Shown here in pieces: positions 26,354-40,989 of a stretch of 64,000 bases of DNA. Below the pieces are notes generated by a model. That model searched no databases. It was not told where the DNA came from and saw only the letters and a list, made by a program, of their open reading frames with translations. Each line of letters begins with the position of its first letter. Within the stretch, counting starts at the first letter, position 1. Origin of the DNA: Tubiluchus corallicola (lineage: Eukaryota > Animalia > Priapulida). The translations under genes were made by a program, and so were the position numbers. The stretch spans positions 124,001-188,000 of the forward strand of contig JAQGDQ010000296.1 in NCBI GenBank assembly GCA_030141605.1. Direction: 5' to 3'.

Positions 26354-29181
26354 TTTATGACGGTATAACGGTATAAAGTTCAAATCTACGTTAGTTTTAC
26401 TTTTTCGCATTTCATTACTTCTCCCGCTTTTGGTTTTAATGATTAATTATAATGCATATTTTTCATAATTAATTAGCAATTTTCAAATTAGGATCGCATA
26501 ATCACATTGGATGAGTAGGGGTGACATAAGCAATGCGGGCTTCTTCTTTGGGTGGTCCACTCTATTCAGGTCCCATTGATCTCTGGTTTGTTTCCGCTTT
26601 AAAAATTCTGATCTTCATTTGTCGGGCATATAGATTGATAATGGAGTGTTGATGTCCGCCCGGCGAATGTGGTGAATGGTGCGTTATTCCATCAGTTACT
26701 GCAGTTATACGACTCAATTTTACTCCTTTCTTAACCTTCATTGCAAATTTTATAAAAGCTAAGTGTAGTGCAAATATTTTACAAGGTCAAAGCATTACTA
26801 TGAATAGCTGGTCTACGGCGGGTTTATTCTACAATCGATGTGTAATCTGATTTGTAACCTATTGAACAGAGCACTGTCGTGCAAAAAAGAGTCATTGCAC
26901 GACGATTCATCTTTTTTTCTCACTTTTCTTGAAACGTATCACATGTGAATGTCAACTGCATTGCACTTTCATGTTTCATGGTTATAGCGTTACTAAAAAG
27001 ACATCCCTATAAAGGTCATCCTAGACCCAGAGAAGATTATTTTATGTTCCAACTTTGCAGTAAAGCACTTATAAAAGTTCAAAATATTATTTAAAATTCA
27101 GAAAAGTCCCTTTTCTGCAACAAGCGACTTTTCATGGAGATTAGCAGAAATTGCAAAACATTTTAGGGAAAAAACATTCGTCATAATTGTTTCCTAGCAT
27201 CGTAGTCAATAATCTGCTTCACTGTCGCTTCACGGTCATTTACTTGTTTCTTCACAGCTGTCATTGTTGTATAGTGGAATTGCGTGATGCACATGTACAA
27301 AGAAGTTGATAGTTTCTAGAGTCTGTGACACTAAGGTTCTGTTTTAATGTTCTATTATTCGTAAAGCTGACATTTATTGATTGATTGATTGGCTTACTGA
27401 GTGACTGATTGACTGACTGACTAATTACCTAGCTGCCTGTCTGTCTGCTAGGCCGGACGACTGACTAACTATCCAACCGACCGATTGTTAATTGATGTTA
27501 TGTCTATTTATGGCATTATCTGGGTGTCGTTGACGTTATTACTTCATTGTACTTTTCTTTGATGCCTCATGTTCTTACGTGTGAATCACTATAGCACCTT
27601 TTTAAAAAAAACAAGCCATAGTTTATCTTCATTATTGCTTTGCCTAGGTTTGCAGATGTCGCAAAATAATGACCAAGACCCGAACTGCAAAAATGAATTG
27701 CAGCAAATTATCCCCTCACCGCGCTACCTTATTAGCATGCGAAAGCCAGTCTAGATGGCTTCAAATCACCCATACGCGGTCACGTGACCTATTCTGGCTT
27801 CACACACTAATCACTCCGTTAGTTTCGGTGATCAAAGCGAGAAATCAGAGGCACGAAATGGCTTTAGTAGGCTTTCTACATTTATGGTGCAGTAATTGAT
27901 ATAGTCGTTTCTCTGTATTATGGCTTCTGTATCTATGGGCTAACAAATTACTATAACCTTATGATTTAATTCTCTGCGCTACGTGCCTTCTGCATCTTTA
28001 TCTATTGATAATTGCATTTTCTATGAGTGTTAATTAAAGATCGCTAAAGAATGTTCTCCTTGGTTCGAATCGTATTTGTGTTAACACAACTACTATATAG
28101 CAATTTATTACTATTCACATTAGTGGTTCAGTTAAATTTTACTAGGCTGTAGGATTGGATACTTGTTGACAACAGATAAATTTCAAAATCTCTGTTCACT
28201 CTGATCATAATGTCAGAAAAAAATAATCGTAGTCACTGGCGTTTGTGAAGAACAAACTCAGTTTCTTTCAAAACGGCTGCAAATTGAGATGGAAATAAAT
28301 TGCGACGAATTAAAGTTGATTGATGAGAATAAGGTACACCGGCGAACTTCAAAGGCAGACTTAAAATTATATGGAAACAAACAAGAATCAAAGCCGCGCT
28401 GAAGCTTTTAAGTTTATACAAAGACAATGAATTGCGGAGAACTGAGACGTGAAACTGCGGAACGATAATGATACAGTCAACTGGAACGTCATCTCCAAGA
28501 AGAATTGCTGGCTCGCTGTCATGCAAAGCTTGATAAATGCACTTCACTGTGTTATATGCGAGATTGGCATGCAATTTGCTCACATAACGGGTGACCAGAA
28601 AGTTATAGCTCGTTTAGTTCGTTAAAGAAAACTAAAAGATACACGCTGCGCTTTGCTAATTTGTCTTCTAAAAACAACTACAGCGAACAGAATAAAAGCA
28701 GATATGATGACTGATGAGGTGGCTACATAGAAATTAAGCCGCATGCTCAACTTGATAATTTTGATTCAAAATCTTTAAGCCTTTCAGTTCATGGCTCTCT
28801 GTCTCTCGTTCCCTCCCTCTCCCCAAAACTTTTGGAAGGTTAAATTGCGAAAGGGTAACTAGGACTAGGTTTCCGAGGCTGGCAAGAAATTTCGGTTAAA
28901 TAAGTTCATTTTACTGTCGTTGTCCGCTAGCTTGAACGTAAAGAGTCAAATTTTTTGAACCGACGGAATGATGCGGTATTGCTTGAAGCTATCTCTCTGC
29001 CACAGACAAGCTTAAAAGATTAAGGTGGAATGAAATCATATTAACTGCACGAGAAAGAGAAATCACAGAATAAAGCAAAGGAAACGCATTTTGAATGGCA
29101 AAAGAAGAATATGTGAGGTGTAGGAGCAAGAGTGGAGAACTAGAAGAGAAAGAGGGAGAAATAGATAGAAACAGAGCAAGC

Positions 29182-29367
<186 letters not shown>

Positions 29368-29798
29368 CGCGAGTGTTTGATGGAACTGACCGATAGAGAA
29401 AGAATTTTTTTTTAAATGTTTGTTAATAATATCCTGAGTTAACATTATTTACTTTCTAGCTCGTCATTATAGACAAAATGTGCAAAGGTCAGACATTGTT
29501 TGGGTAAGGATAATAAACGATGAATGTAGCATGCATGACCCATTTCTTCAAGAGTGACCAAGAATGCTCAACACTCCATTCCAAACATCAAGTCCAGACA
29601 TAAGTGTGTACATTAGTTGTTTATTCTGTTAAGAATACATATATTTAAATAATTTCATTGCTGCATATTTTATGAATTAATAACTTCAAATTAGTACAAA
29701 CACAAGCAAATCTCTTAAAGTAACATTTCACTAACACAGTTAATTTCAGTAATTAGCCAAATCAGCAAAAATTATCAAATTAATTAAAAGCAACTTAC

Positions 29799-29979
29799 AT
29801 CCTTGCCCAAACATTAGAGCACCTTTAGAAAAACAGTGACAGACTGCAGACAGCAGGAATCAATACAGTTATCAAGCCACAAATCTATAATTCACATGTG
29901 ATCAGTCCTAACATATCAAGACCAAGTGTGAGCAGCATTTCACAAAGCCAGGTACTAAAGTCGTCAACCATGAAATCAC
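29799..29979 (-). other. Possible non-coding 5' UTR exon of the GPCR
   Basis: On -, a pyrimidine-rich acceptor TTACCTCAACTTACCTGTCAG and a GTAAGT donor at 29798; a strong acceptor TGTTGTTTTTGTTATAG lies at 22120 upstream of the GPCR ATG. Inference only. Confidence 0.25.
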
Positions 29980-31439
29980 CTGACAGGTAAGTTGAGGTAA
30001 CTGCCTGCTGGCCTCAGAGGGCAGCACTGTCCTGTACAGGCCTTACTTTTAAACGTTGGTTAAGATTTTGTAAATGAAAAAAACTTTAATTTTTAAAATT
30101 CCACATTACCACATTACATTACGACAGTTGGGTCCAATTTAGTTGTGAGTGTCCTATACTTTTTTACTGTTTATTTAAATCTCTAACGCTGGGAACGGTT
30201 TTGATAATTACGCTATACCGCCTTGCATTAAATCATTACGCACACATATAATCTACCCATACGATTAATGGAGTGAGCTGTTAATTGCGGTAAAATTTAG
30301 TTAATCTTGTCATGTTAAAAATTACGTACACTTACTTCAGCGATGCGACTATAATTTATCAGTTTTTGGCTTAATTTGTTTTCAGACATTTTTGATTTAT
30401 TGGACTTGCAATAAATTTTGTCAGATGTGCACGCCGCTTCGAAGAAATTGGATGCTGTCCGCAAATGAAGTTAAAAGAATTGCCGTTACAATAGTTAAAA
30501 CAACTTGAAACCAGCCTAGCTTAACTTCTAAACATGGAACAGAGTTTTTCGTCATTTCATTGTTAAGTGTCCAGTTTCCCAATTTATATTCCATGTTAAC
30601 GCGCAAACAGAGAGGGCTGGAAATTTGCAGGAGTAGGACTTTAAAAATGGTATGGTGACCTCGGTCAAAGGGTCAAGGACACTGGACATTGGGTATTTCG
30701 ATTGTCATTGAACTCCTCCTAACTAGGACTTTGGGTTAAATGCGATTTTTTCCTAGGCATTAGATACCTGTCTGGGTACTGGTAATGTACTTGGGCTTTT
30801 AAAAAGTTGGAATTCTTCAAGTGCCTGAGAAAGGAACTAAAATGTATAATATTGAATGACTTTAAATCACGAAGCTTGCGGGGTAGACACCCGGGCGAGG
30901 GGCACATGCAATTGTGTAATTAGAAAGCCTGAAATAGTTTAAGGCCCCGAGATAGGAGCTAAAATTTGAAAATAAGGGCACTGTGTTTTAGTGATTGTTA
31001 TTAATTCGTAAACGCAGAGGGTTGTAGTTATAAAATCTGTCGTGTAGGTACCTGGAGTAGTACCTTCGAAATGGTATGTATAAGTACAAGTATATATAAG
31101 TACAGTATAAGTATAAGCATAAGGACAAGCATAAGCATAAATATAAAAATAAGTAAGTATGGCAAGTCGTTGGAAACAAGTTTGGATAACACTGTATGCA
31201 GTTTAAAAACAATCAGAACATTCGTAGCACACTCTTCGTAACTAAGCAAAGTTTATATTACCTTATATTGTCAATAAGATCAATAACGTTTTTAGCGAGC
31301 CAGACTTGCATTATGTAACAAATTTTGTGCCATTACTTAACAATCATTATACAACCATTTCTGCGTCATTACGTAACAGTTACAATGTAACAAAAATTAT
31401 GCATTATGTACAAGCTAATGCAGCGTTGGCTTTTTGTCT

Positions 31440-31945
31440 GTGAATAGGCATTGTCGTGGTCTGGGTCAGTTTCTTTCTGTTCTAGATGTGGGTCAGGTTG
31501 GAGCTCAATTGGGTTTGTGTTTGATTGTCTGTCTGGAGGGCTGAACCATCCCAAGACCAGACCTCTGAAGAGCTGCCCTAGAGAGACCATTTAGATATCA
31601 GACCTCTGAAGATCAGACCCAGACAGACCTGCCACAGACTAGACTCTGATAGATCAGGCCTGTTTATCAGAAGTCTTGTCTTTGGCTGTTCTGTCTGGGG
31701 TTTGGTCTTGTGATGTCTGGCATGTCACCTGTCTGCTCATCTGTCTAGGGTTGCTCTTCACGGGTCTGGTCTGTGGTTTGATATGGCCTATGATCTGTCT
31801 GGGTTTTGGTCTACCTGAGATATGATCTATCAATAGTCTGGTCTGTCACTGATCTGTGTGGGGTCTGGTCTATCTGAGATATGATCTATTAATTGTCTGA
31901 TCTGTAGCTGATCTATCTGGGGCCTGGTCTTCAGAGGTCAGACCT
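31440..31945. repeat. Degenerate GGTCTGGTCT/AGACCAGACC-rich repeat with internal direct and inverted copies
   Basis: GGTCTA.CTGAGATATGATCTAT.AAT.GTCTG.TCTGT..CTGATCT occurs twice (~31808 and ~31867); CAGACCTCTGAAGA occurs in both orientations. Confidence 0.6.
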
Positions 31946-32630
31946 ATCTTTAGTACTTTTAGGCTATAAACGCTCGCCTCATCTCAAGTTTGTTTCAGTA
32001 TTTGCCCATTACTTGTCTATCAACACTTTGCAGGTTTTCATGCTTCTCTTGAGTGCTGTGTCGGCCGCGATTTTTGCGGAGAAAATAGGTGGAAATTGCA
32101 GAAATGACGACCAATGCAGCGTGGCGTTACACGTTTCACTCGCATATTTTTATTCAACAGAGTTGGCTCCGACGTGACTGTGAACACTTTTAATCGCTTT
32201 TCGCTTTTACTGCGATTAATTTCAACAAGTATATTCGATAATTTACAACATTGCTATAAATATTGTAGTAAACTAAATTACACTTACTGCGCAGACATGC
32301 AATTTAAGTTGCGCAATTAAAAGTTGCAAAATCTGTAATTATAAAGTCTACGAGAACGAGCAGGCATAGACAACTAAAAACTACGCAATCAAACCTTGCA
32401 ATTTCTCTCAAACTTTTAGTTGCGCAATTGTACTAATGTACTGTTGTCAATAAGAGTGCGCAGACATAGGTAATTTTTAATAGATAAATGACTATGTTAT
32501 GAAATATGCCCGCGTAAGCTTACATAGAGCAGCCCATAGGTAACCGTCGTTTTTCTGGGGTAAATGTTTTTTCTCCACTTGCTGTCGAGATGTACAGCCC
32601 AATGATTGTATGTCGTTTCACCAGTTCTAA

Positions 32631-33090
32631 ATTGGCCAGTTTATCTTTTCGCAAGTGTATTTTTTCGCCAGTCTAGTTTTTTCCAGTCTACCTTTCCACT
32701 AGTCTATTTTTTTGCCAGTGTATCTTTTCACCAATCTATCTTTTCGCCAGTGTGTCTTTTCGCCAATCTATCTTTTCGCAAGTCTGTCTTTTCGCAAGTG
32801 TATTTTTTTGCCAGTCTACTTTTTCCCCCAATCTATCTTTCCACTAGTCTATTTTTTGCCAGTGTATCTTTTCATCAGTTTATCTTTTCGCCAGTGTGTC
32901 TTTTCGCCAGTCCATCTTTTCGCCAGTCTATCTTTTCGCCAGTGTGTTTTTTCGCCAGTCTATCTTTCGGCTGCGTATATTTTCTCCAATCTGTCTTTTC
33001 GCCAGTTAATCTTTTCGCTAATGTATCTTTTCGCCAACTTATCTTTTCGCCAGTGTATCTTTTCGCCAATCTACCTTTTCGCCAGTCTCT
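32631..33090 (+). repeat. ~16-17-bp minisatellite (consensus ~ATCTTTTCGCCAGTCT)
   Basis: More than 20 degenerate copies visible; source of repetitive ORFs 32606-33142. Confidence 0.92.
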
Positions 33091-35537
33091 CGTGACTAAC
33101 ACTGAAAACCTAACTTACCTTGAAGTCACCATTGATCATTAGGTACCGACATGGTTTCATTTAAACGGAAGTTATTTTTGTGAACGGAAGATATAAGTCA
33201 TACAGAGGCGTGCCATATATCATTGGACTCGCAATAAAATGCACCGTGTGATGATGCACCGGGTCAAAATCGCACACCGAATTTCGTTTAGCCAGAAAAT
33301 GGAAATAAATAGCATGTCCAGTTGAAAGTTTGACATTCAGAATCTACTGTTATTTTCGTTCTGCGATGTTTAGTTTTCGAGATACACATCTTTTTGGAAC
33401 AACTCAAAAACTGGACAGAGCTACTCCACCAAATTTGGTGTGCTTGTAGCTAGCGTAGGGGGCCACTTTTGCTTATAATTTCGGGTCGTGACATTTTGTC
33501 TCGTTTCTGTTATGAAAATCGTCAAAATATGTCCCTTTGAAAAATCATTACTCTTACAAAAGCGCCACCTACCAAGATTGCGCCCAGTGGTGTTTGCGTT
33601 GCCAATTCTCTATTCAATGACATGTCGCATGTCGCCACCGCCACGGTCTGCCACGCTACGGCCTCATGTTTTTCTGGACTCGTATCGGTACCATGCTTAT
33701 ATAACAGGATCGACATGGTTTCCTTTAAACTGTGCAAATTGGGGGAAGTCGTATAGGGATATGCAAATATCATACATCGTACTCATCAGTAACAAGTAAG
33801 TAACATCAGTGTCAGATCAATATCATCAGCATCGGGTAGGTATCATCAGTAACTGGTAAGTATCTTCGTTAACAAGCAGCTACCATCTATGTCATACAAC
33901 ATGCCGACAGATTTCTTTTCTGCAAGCGAACTACTAGATTATTGTTACGACGTGAGGACGTCTGCACAACTCGACAGCTTAGGGCGGACACCTGAACGAA
34001 CTCAAAGGCAAAAATTTTGTCTACTTGGCTTCAGTCACATGATATCGTAATGTAGACAACAGTGACACTGAATATAGAGGTAAAATCTGATTTCAAAACA
34101 GGTATATCATCAAGCAGTTCAACAATTTCTTTATGAACATTAAAAATAATTAATAGTAAAATTATACGGTTTAGGAACATAACCTGGCCTATAAGAAGCC
34201 TGAGCGTCACACTGGCGAAAAGATTACTGGCCAGAAGATAAAGGGCTCTCTTGGACACTGTTTAACTATAATTCAAGAACCATAGAACTTATGAAGACGA
34301 AACACTGCGCGTGGATAGCCAGTATGGCGGACATTACTGACTTCGAATGAAACGTCGTCAACTGCATTATTTAGCAACAGTGAAAAGAAAACCCTCATTA
34401 TGACAGTACTGTACACTACGAAATTTTCAATCATATTTAAGGTCTCAAAAAACGCCAACTCTTTACCACTATTAGCAGAAAGACAGTTCTATTTTTAATG
34501 TTAACTACGTGATTCAAAATGCCTTCCTTTAAAAGTTACTGTTTCCCAATGTTGAAAATGTTAATTTTATTGTCATAAGTTTTAAGTATAGTACCAACAT
34601 AGGCCTAGTAAAACGGCCGCAGCGCGGAAACCGTTTACAAGTGGCAGCTACGTAGCACATGGTTGGATAGAGAATTAATCGGACTACTGCCACTTGTCTC
34701 CCTGCTGCCAGGTGGCGCTTTTGTCCTGAGTGACATAAGTAATTCTGGTAAGGTCCAGAAATGTAGAACCTCGTGGTCCTAATAGCATCTGGACGTAGTA
34801 ACGCAAGGACGTCTCTATCTCTCGAGTGTTAACCACGTGATTCCAGAAGAATTTCTTCAAGAGCTATGGCTTCCCAAATTTTTCCGCGCATCTTATTCTA
34901 CATTTCATTGCGAATCCAATGATATATGATACTTTATTACTTATAAAATCAGAAATCCAGAGCATAACAGCCAGCTTTTGTAAAGTGAAGTCAGAATTGA
35001 CTCTAGAGTTTTTTCAAATAAAACTGTCCTAAATTTGCATGTTTTTAGGATCAGGCTTGGGGGCCACTGGCATTTGTCCAGCCTTGTCCAATGGGCGTTA
35101 CGCCACTAGGTGGCAGCCATGTGGCACGTTATTGATAGGGAAATTGATTGGACAATCACCACTCGGCGCCATTTTGGTAGATGGTACTTCAAGTTTTATC
35201 AAAGACGGACATATTTTGATGATTTTAGGGTCATAACTCAAGGGGTCAAAAAGATGCGTACCTTGGAAACTAAACATCGCAGAACGAAAATAACAGTAGA
35301 TTCTGAATGTCAAATTTTCGACAAATCCTATTTATTATCATTTTCTGGCTAAATGAAACTCAACGCGCAATTTTGACACGCTGCATAAGATTTTACGTTT
35401 TATTGCGAATCCAATGATATATGGCACGCTTCTGTAGGACTTATATCTTCCGTTCACAAAGCGTTCAAATGAAATCTAATTAGCAATGGTGACTTCTAGG
35501 TCAGTGTCAGTCACGATACTGGCAAAAAATAGACTGA
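33075..35537. mobile_element. Long imperfect inverted repeat (foldback element, or two inverted copies of one non-autonomous DNA element)
   Basis: 33075-33640 is the reverse complement of ~35100-35537, e.g. TTTGACATTCAGAATCTACTGTTATTTTCGTTCTGCGATGTTTAGTTT vs AAACTAAACATCGCAGAACGAAAATAACAGTAGATTCTGAATGTCAAA. Confidence 0.8.
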
Positions 35538-36713
35538 TACTACGTTTTATAGCCAATCGAATGTATTTTGCACGCCCCTGTACGTTATAGCTTCTTTTAC
35601 ACAGGTGTCGGGAAATGGTACTTATTTCCCGAAGATAAATTAAATTTTGTGTCTGTCTATAAAATCGCCCCTAAATTTCTCTAGCATTTTTTCTAATTAG
35701 TGAATTTTGCTTTAACAACGGTCTTATAAGTCAGCCTTAAACTTAGATTTGCCCTTAGAATAGATTTGTATGTAGTTCCAGACCATACAAGTATGCATTG
35801 CATGAAGCCGACTATTTAGATTAATTTATGAAGGAAAAGTTTATATAAGGCCGCGCGACATGAACAACGTGGACGACTCTCTTAGCTTTTACTGGCTAAC
35901 AGAGCAAGTCCCTGTATATAAGCCTGTAGTGCTAAATTATAGTTACAATTATGGCGCACCTAACTTGAATTTATATTGTGCCTTTTAAGGTGATTACCGT
36001 GCTTTGTGCTGCTTTTGTAATTGGTGATATGTATGTAAGCTAACTTCTTATATTTATGAAATTTGTAATGTGTGAATCATACTATTGTTCTGAAGTTATA
36101 AGTGTATAGAAATGTTACTTGAATGAAATAATGTCTTTTATTGTGGCCGCATTTTAATCTACCCATGGCTGTTTTTATTTATTGTCTTGTGAACTTTTGA
36201 TATAGGAAGTACGAATGACTAAAGAAAATGATTAAACGCTCAATGTAGTGAGACACAAGCAATTAAAAAAATACATATCGAAGTTTTCGTTAAAAATGGA
36301 TAATCGCATAACCCTATCTTAACAGCAATCATAAATATATTTCTGGCAGTTTCAGTCCTGTTACAAATAGATTACCATGTTAATGTACCATAGGTTTCTT
36401 CCCTGAGTTTTATTAATATAAAAATCATATACAATAAAACTAATTTTCGATAACAGGATTTAAAGAAAACAACATCGGTTTTTGGTGTTTGCCCATATCT
36501 TTGTTTCGACGACGCTGACGTACATGTATTAGTGCTTACCCCTTATATTCCTGGTTACGTGCCTGGTGGAGACTGTCTGGTAAATAATCCTCTGTGTGAT
36601 AATGGATTAGTACAGAGTTCGCGCAAACACTGGTTGCATGATTGCGTATTTGTTGATAATGAAAAACAGTCAGTTAAGGAATTTAATTTGAGATAATGAA
36701 CCCAATATTGGTA

Positions 36714-37000
36714 GCATCTCGTTACGGCGCGTAGCTATCTCGTTATGACAAAATAGCTATTTCGTTATAACGAGGTAACGAGTCGTTTTAATAATATAGT
36801 TATATGTCAGTAACATATTATAATGAAGTGATATCTCGTTACAGTGAGATAGCTATGTTGTTATAACGAGATATCTCTAAGTCCTTACTACGAGGTAGTA
36901 ATTGTTTGTTATAACAATACTCGTTATAAAGAAGTAGTGTCCCGTTATGACGAGTTAGTAAGTCGTTAGAACGAGACAGCTATGTCGTTGTAAAGAGATA
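36714..37000. repeat. Array of palindromic CTCGTTATAACGAG-like units (MITE-like)
   Basis: Roughly ten degenerate ATCTCGTTAT/ATAACGAGAT units. Confidence 0.75.
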
Positions 37001-38084
37001 ATTATATTTTTCTTCAAAAGTAACACTAACGGATATCCATCGACCCATTTGTTAACTACCAAAACAGCCCAAAATGATTAGTTTAACTTCAGTGGTTGGT
37101 AATATTAACGTATACGTTGGAAACTTTTGGAAATAATAAATTTAACACTCTCTGTACATTTCTGTGCAGGTTTGTAAATTACAACAACAAAACAGCAAAT
37201 AGAAACGCACAATTTAAGATTATTTGAGTCACTCATTAAATTGTCTTACGCGAATAAAACCATGGGCAGCTGCTAACTGCTTTTCTCATTTCTTGTCTAA
37301 TGGCTATTTTCTCTGAATAACATAGCTTGATTTTTCTCCACTTTTTATTTTGTTTAGAGACATTAAGCTATTTTTCAAAGGAACTCGGGTGACTAATCAT
37401 CTTGAAGGCCAAGAAGGTCGAAGAAATGACGGCTATTGAATTTGCGTACGTGTCTCAGAATTGGAACAGGACTAACCTGGTTTTCTGCCTTTTCTTTCTT
37501 CTTACAAATTCACAGCATGTTTCTGGCCTCTAAGTTTTGCAACATGAGCTGACCTAATGAATATACTGAAGATCTAATGTAAGAACAGCTTCTTATGCCA
37601 TCAACGTTGTGAGAATATATTACACTAACGAAATAGTAGTATAGAAAATGGCATTGTGAACGAAGTACGTATTTTGACATCTATTTTTAACATTAAACTG
37701 TGAAATGAGGTATGTTCTAACTAATCTGCAGCAAAAATGCGTAGCAGAGCATCATATTTTGGCAAGTTAAACTTTGACGTTGCCTTTTAAAAACAGTTAA
37801 ACTGGATTTTAAAACAAAATAGCTTACAGATAATGACGAAATGCCTTTGAAGTATTTTAATTAGCAAAGTAGCATCTTCTTATAAGGATTTAAGCCTGGA
37901 CTAATTAGTCATCTGACTAATTATAGACGAATCAGTGTCCTTCAAGGAATCTTAGTGGTTTATAAGTGTTAACCAGTTTCGCAGACTAACTAGAAAAATT
38001 CACATTTTGAAAAACTATATCGTGAAACCAGCCAGTTTTGTCAGATGATTACTTACTACAGGTCTTTTATAACATAGGCTTTAT

Positions 38085-38170
38085 TATTGTTGATGTTGAT
38101 GTTGTTGTTGTTGCTGCTGCTGCTGCTACTATATACTGTTGTTGTTATTGCTGCTGCTGTCTTTACTGTT
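38085..38170. repeat. (GTT)n/(GCT)n trinucleotide repeat
   Basis: Directly visible. Confidence 0.85.
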
Positions 38171-40989
38171 GACACTCAGTCCAATTACAATTTACAGTTT
38201 TTTGCTGGGACAGTAATTTTCTCTTTGTAATATAAACCTAAGTAAGCGAGTCGTTATTATTAAAAACGATTGTAAGTGATGCAACTCCTAGCATGCTTTA
38301 ATGCACGAATATGCGCGAATGCGATGTGCGTGTGTACAAGCGAACTACACTAATTTTGTGAGCAAATGTTTTGAAAGCTGCTGTTGCAACTCGTACGTCT
38401 CTTAATCAAGTAATTTTGATCATAGACTTTGTAGAAATTCTTATTTAATTAAACATCGTGGTGATGTCACAAACTCACAGTTAATTAAAAATGTTAGGGA
38501 AAACTTAAGAGTGCACCATTTGAATTGTTTTTACCGCGATGCTTAACAAAGATTTTAATATAACACTGCTAACAAAGTAATTTATAGTATACCTAAATTT
38601 TTAAAAATAGGTATGTAGCAGCGTATTGTCCTGATTGACACTACTCAGTAGTAGCAATTGCCCTCACTAACGTATGTTTGTTACACTGTCTCAAAAAGTT
38701 GTTGATTATTGTATTTATCTATTTATTTGTTTGTTTAGTATAATCATATTTTTATATAGTGCACGAGTTCCATGCATACTTAATTCTCTTATGAGTTCTT
38801 GTAATCTATGAACGTTTGTTTAATCGATTGCAGAAATAAAATAAAAATTAAATTAAAACTAACTTGTTACATAATAAGTTTATTAAACAAAGGTGGTCTC
38901 ATAAGATGATTCAGTGAGCTTACCACTGCTAACCGATTATTTCTTCCATATGTTTAAACCTTCAACTATTCCTACCCGACTTAGCCAAAAAATGTACGCA
39001 TCAATAGGTTTGTTTTTAGCGACCAATTGCAAAATAAGGGAGCTCCTAAAATGTTATTGAAAATTAAAGAATTTATTTAAACTTGCATACATAAGCAGTT
39101 ATTGTTATTAAATGGTTGGGGGGCAAAAACTAGAGAAACTGAACATGACGAAATTCTTCTGTTGCTGATTAATATGAAACTACCCGCTCAGAACTTACCG
39201 CTGAATAAATCATCCTGTAATTTGTGAGGAAAAGTCATCAACATTCCCATGACGACCTTCAGAAAACACTGCAAATTACCACTACTGCGTCTTATAAATA
39301 CACTTAGTCATTTTCATTTCGTCTATAATGAACAGGTAACATAAATAATAGGCGAGCAATTACTCCACTAATGACGCGTGTGACTTGCACGCTTGTGATT
39401 CTGATTGTGGCAGCCTTGAAGCGGTAAAGCTCCGCCCGTCAGTTTGCTAGAGAAACCCACAGAGAACGGAGTTTTGATCCGTTCCACGTGTGACTTTACA
39501 GACAGCCATCATTACAGGAAACCATTCGAAATTGTGCACAGAAACACGTGTTTCAGCAACGTTTAGACTGGAACATGTGTTCAATAATTTGTGTCAAACA
39601 CACACGATCACCAACATACAACGGAATGCAGATCTCAATGGGGAAAGGCAAACAGGAACTTTTCCTCCGAAAAGGATTCTATTGATGTTACCTATTTAGA
39701 AGTCTCCTTCAGTTTTTGCATTGCGCATTTTCATCATCTAATATCTTTTTTTTACTAACCGACAATTCGGAAGTCATTAACTTCTGTGGCTCTTAGCGAC
39801 CAGAAGTAACACAGTGCTATCAGGCACTATATACGCCTAGCATGATTCCGAACTCCTCGTCTCTTTTTTAAATTAAAATAACAGCGTTGCAAGACACAAA
39901 AGAAAGTTAACAATAAACACGCAAAAGACGCTCTATCTAGCATTTTACTTTTTGAAGATGTATTTTCATTGAGGATGAGCAGTTTTCTTCCTGCATACAG
40001 TTTCTCAAAGCATTCAATTAAGTAAGTGTTTCTTGCAGCAGGAAAGCGAGTATAGTTTTTCTGCAAGCAATAAACATGATTTAAACTCGAGCGTGAAACG
40101 AGCTTCAAGTTTAGCGCATCATAAACTGCGACAAACGAGCGCGAACCATCAATAAGATTTGATTGGGACAGATATCGATGCGGCACAGGGAGTTTTGAAT
40201 CCTGCTGGACGCACAGGAAGCCACATTTCAACAACAGTCGGTTCTGAATGCTGCTAGACGCCCAGGAAGCTGCATTCAACAGAATCATGCGCCTGATTAG
40301 CATCAACCGACTAATAAGCCCGATTTAAACCCAAACTACACCAAAGGTGCATACCAGCTATAGGACCTAAAAACCTTAACACCAAGTTATTACAGAACAT
40401 CAGAACCGACATATGACATTTAAAAAAATAAAATGCTGTTTTTGAAAAAAAATATTAAAGTAAAGATAGCACCGCTTCATTTAACAAGAATAATTGAGCT
40501 AGATCTAAAATAGACCGGGCGGTCGTTACCTGAACGTCAGTGATTTTTAAACGACAAATTACGAGAGTCGCTTTCCATTCTGAACAAAACACGCACACTC
40601 GCCGTTTTGTGCGCGTTAATAGCGGCAGAACTGCAAATTCACGCGAAAAATGGAATACAAAAAATTAAGGGGTGAATGGTTGAGGTTATAAGAGACAAGT
40701 TTAAAATTTTGTTTTCTTAGCACGTCGATATATTGCATTTACTTGCAGCAACACACGTAGCTAAACACGTGAGCAGACAATCACACGCAACTTTCTCTCA
40801 TTTCTGAAGTTGGATTACTGGATTAGTCTACCAACAGTAAACAGCATTACTTGACGATAGAAAGAACTACACGAAATTTACCTGTTATTCTGTAGGAACT
40901 ACTTTTTAACAATGAAATGCATGAAATTGAATTCCTAGCGTGTGCATAGTTTTGTCTATGTTGACATTTTTGGAGCAAAAATGACAATG

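Noticed and set aside
32606-33142. Repetitive Phe/Ser-rich ORFs
   Set aside because: Translation of the minisatellite.
39827-40306. 159-aa minus-strand ORF
   Set aside because: No recognisable motif; more likely UTR or promoter-region sequence.
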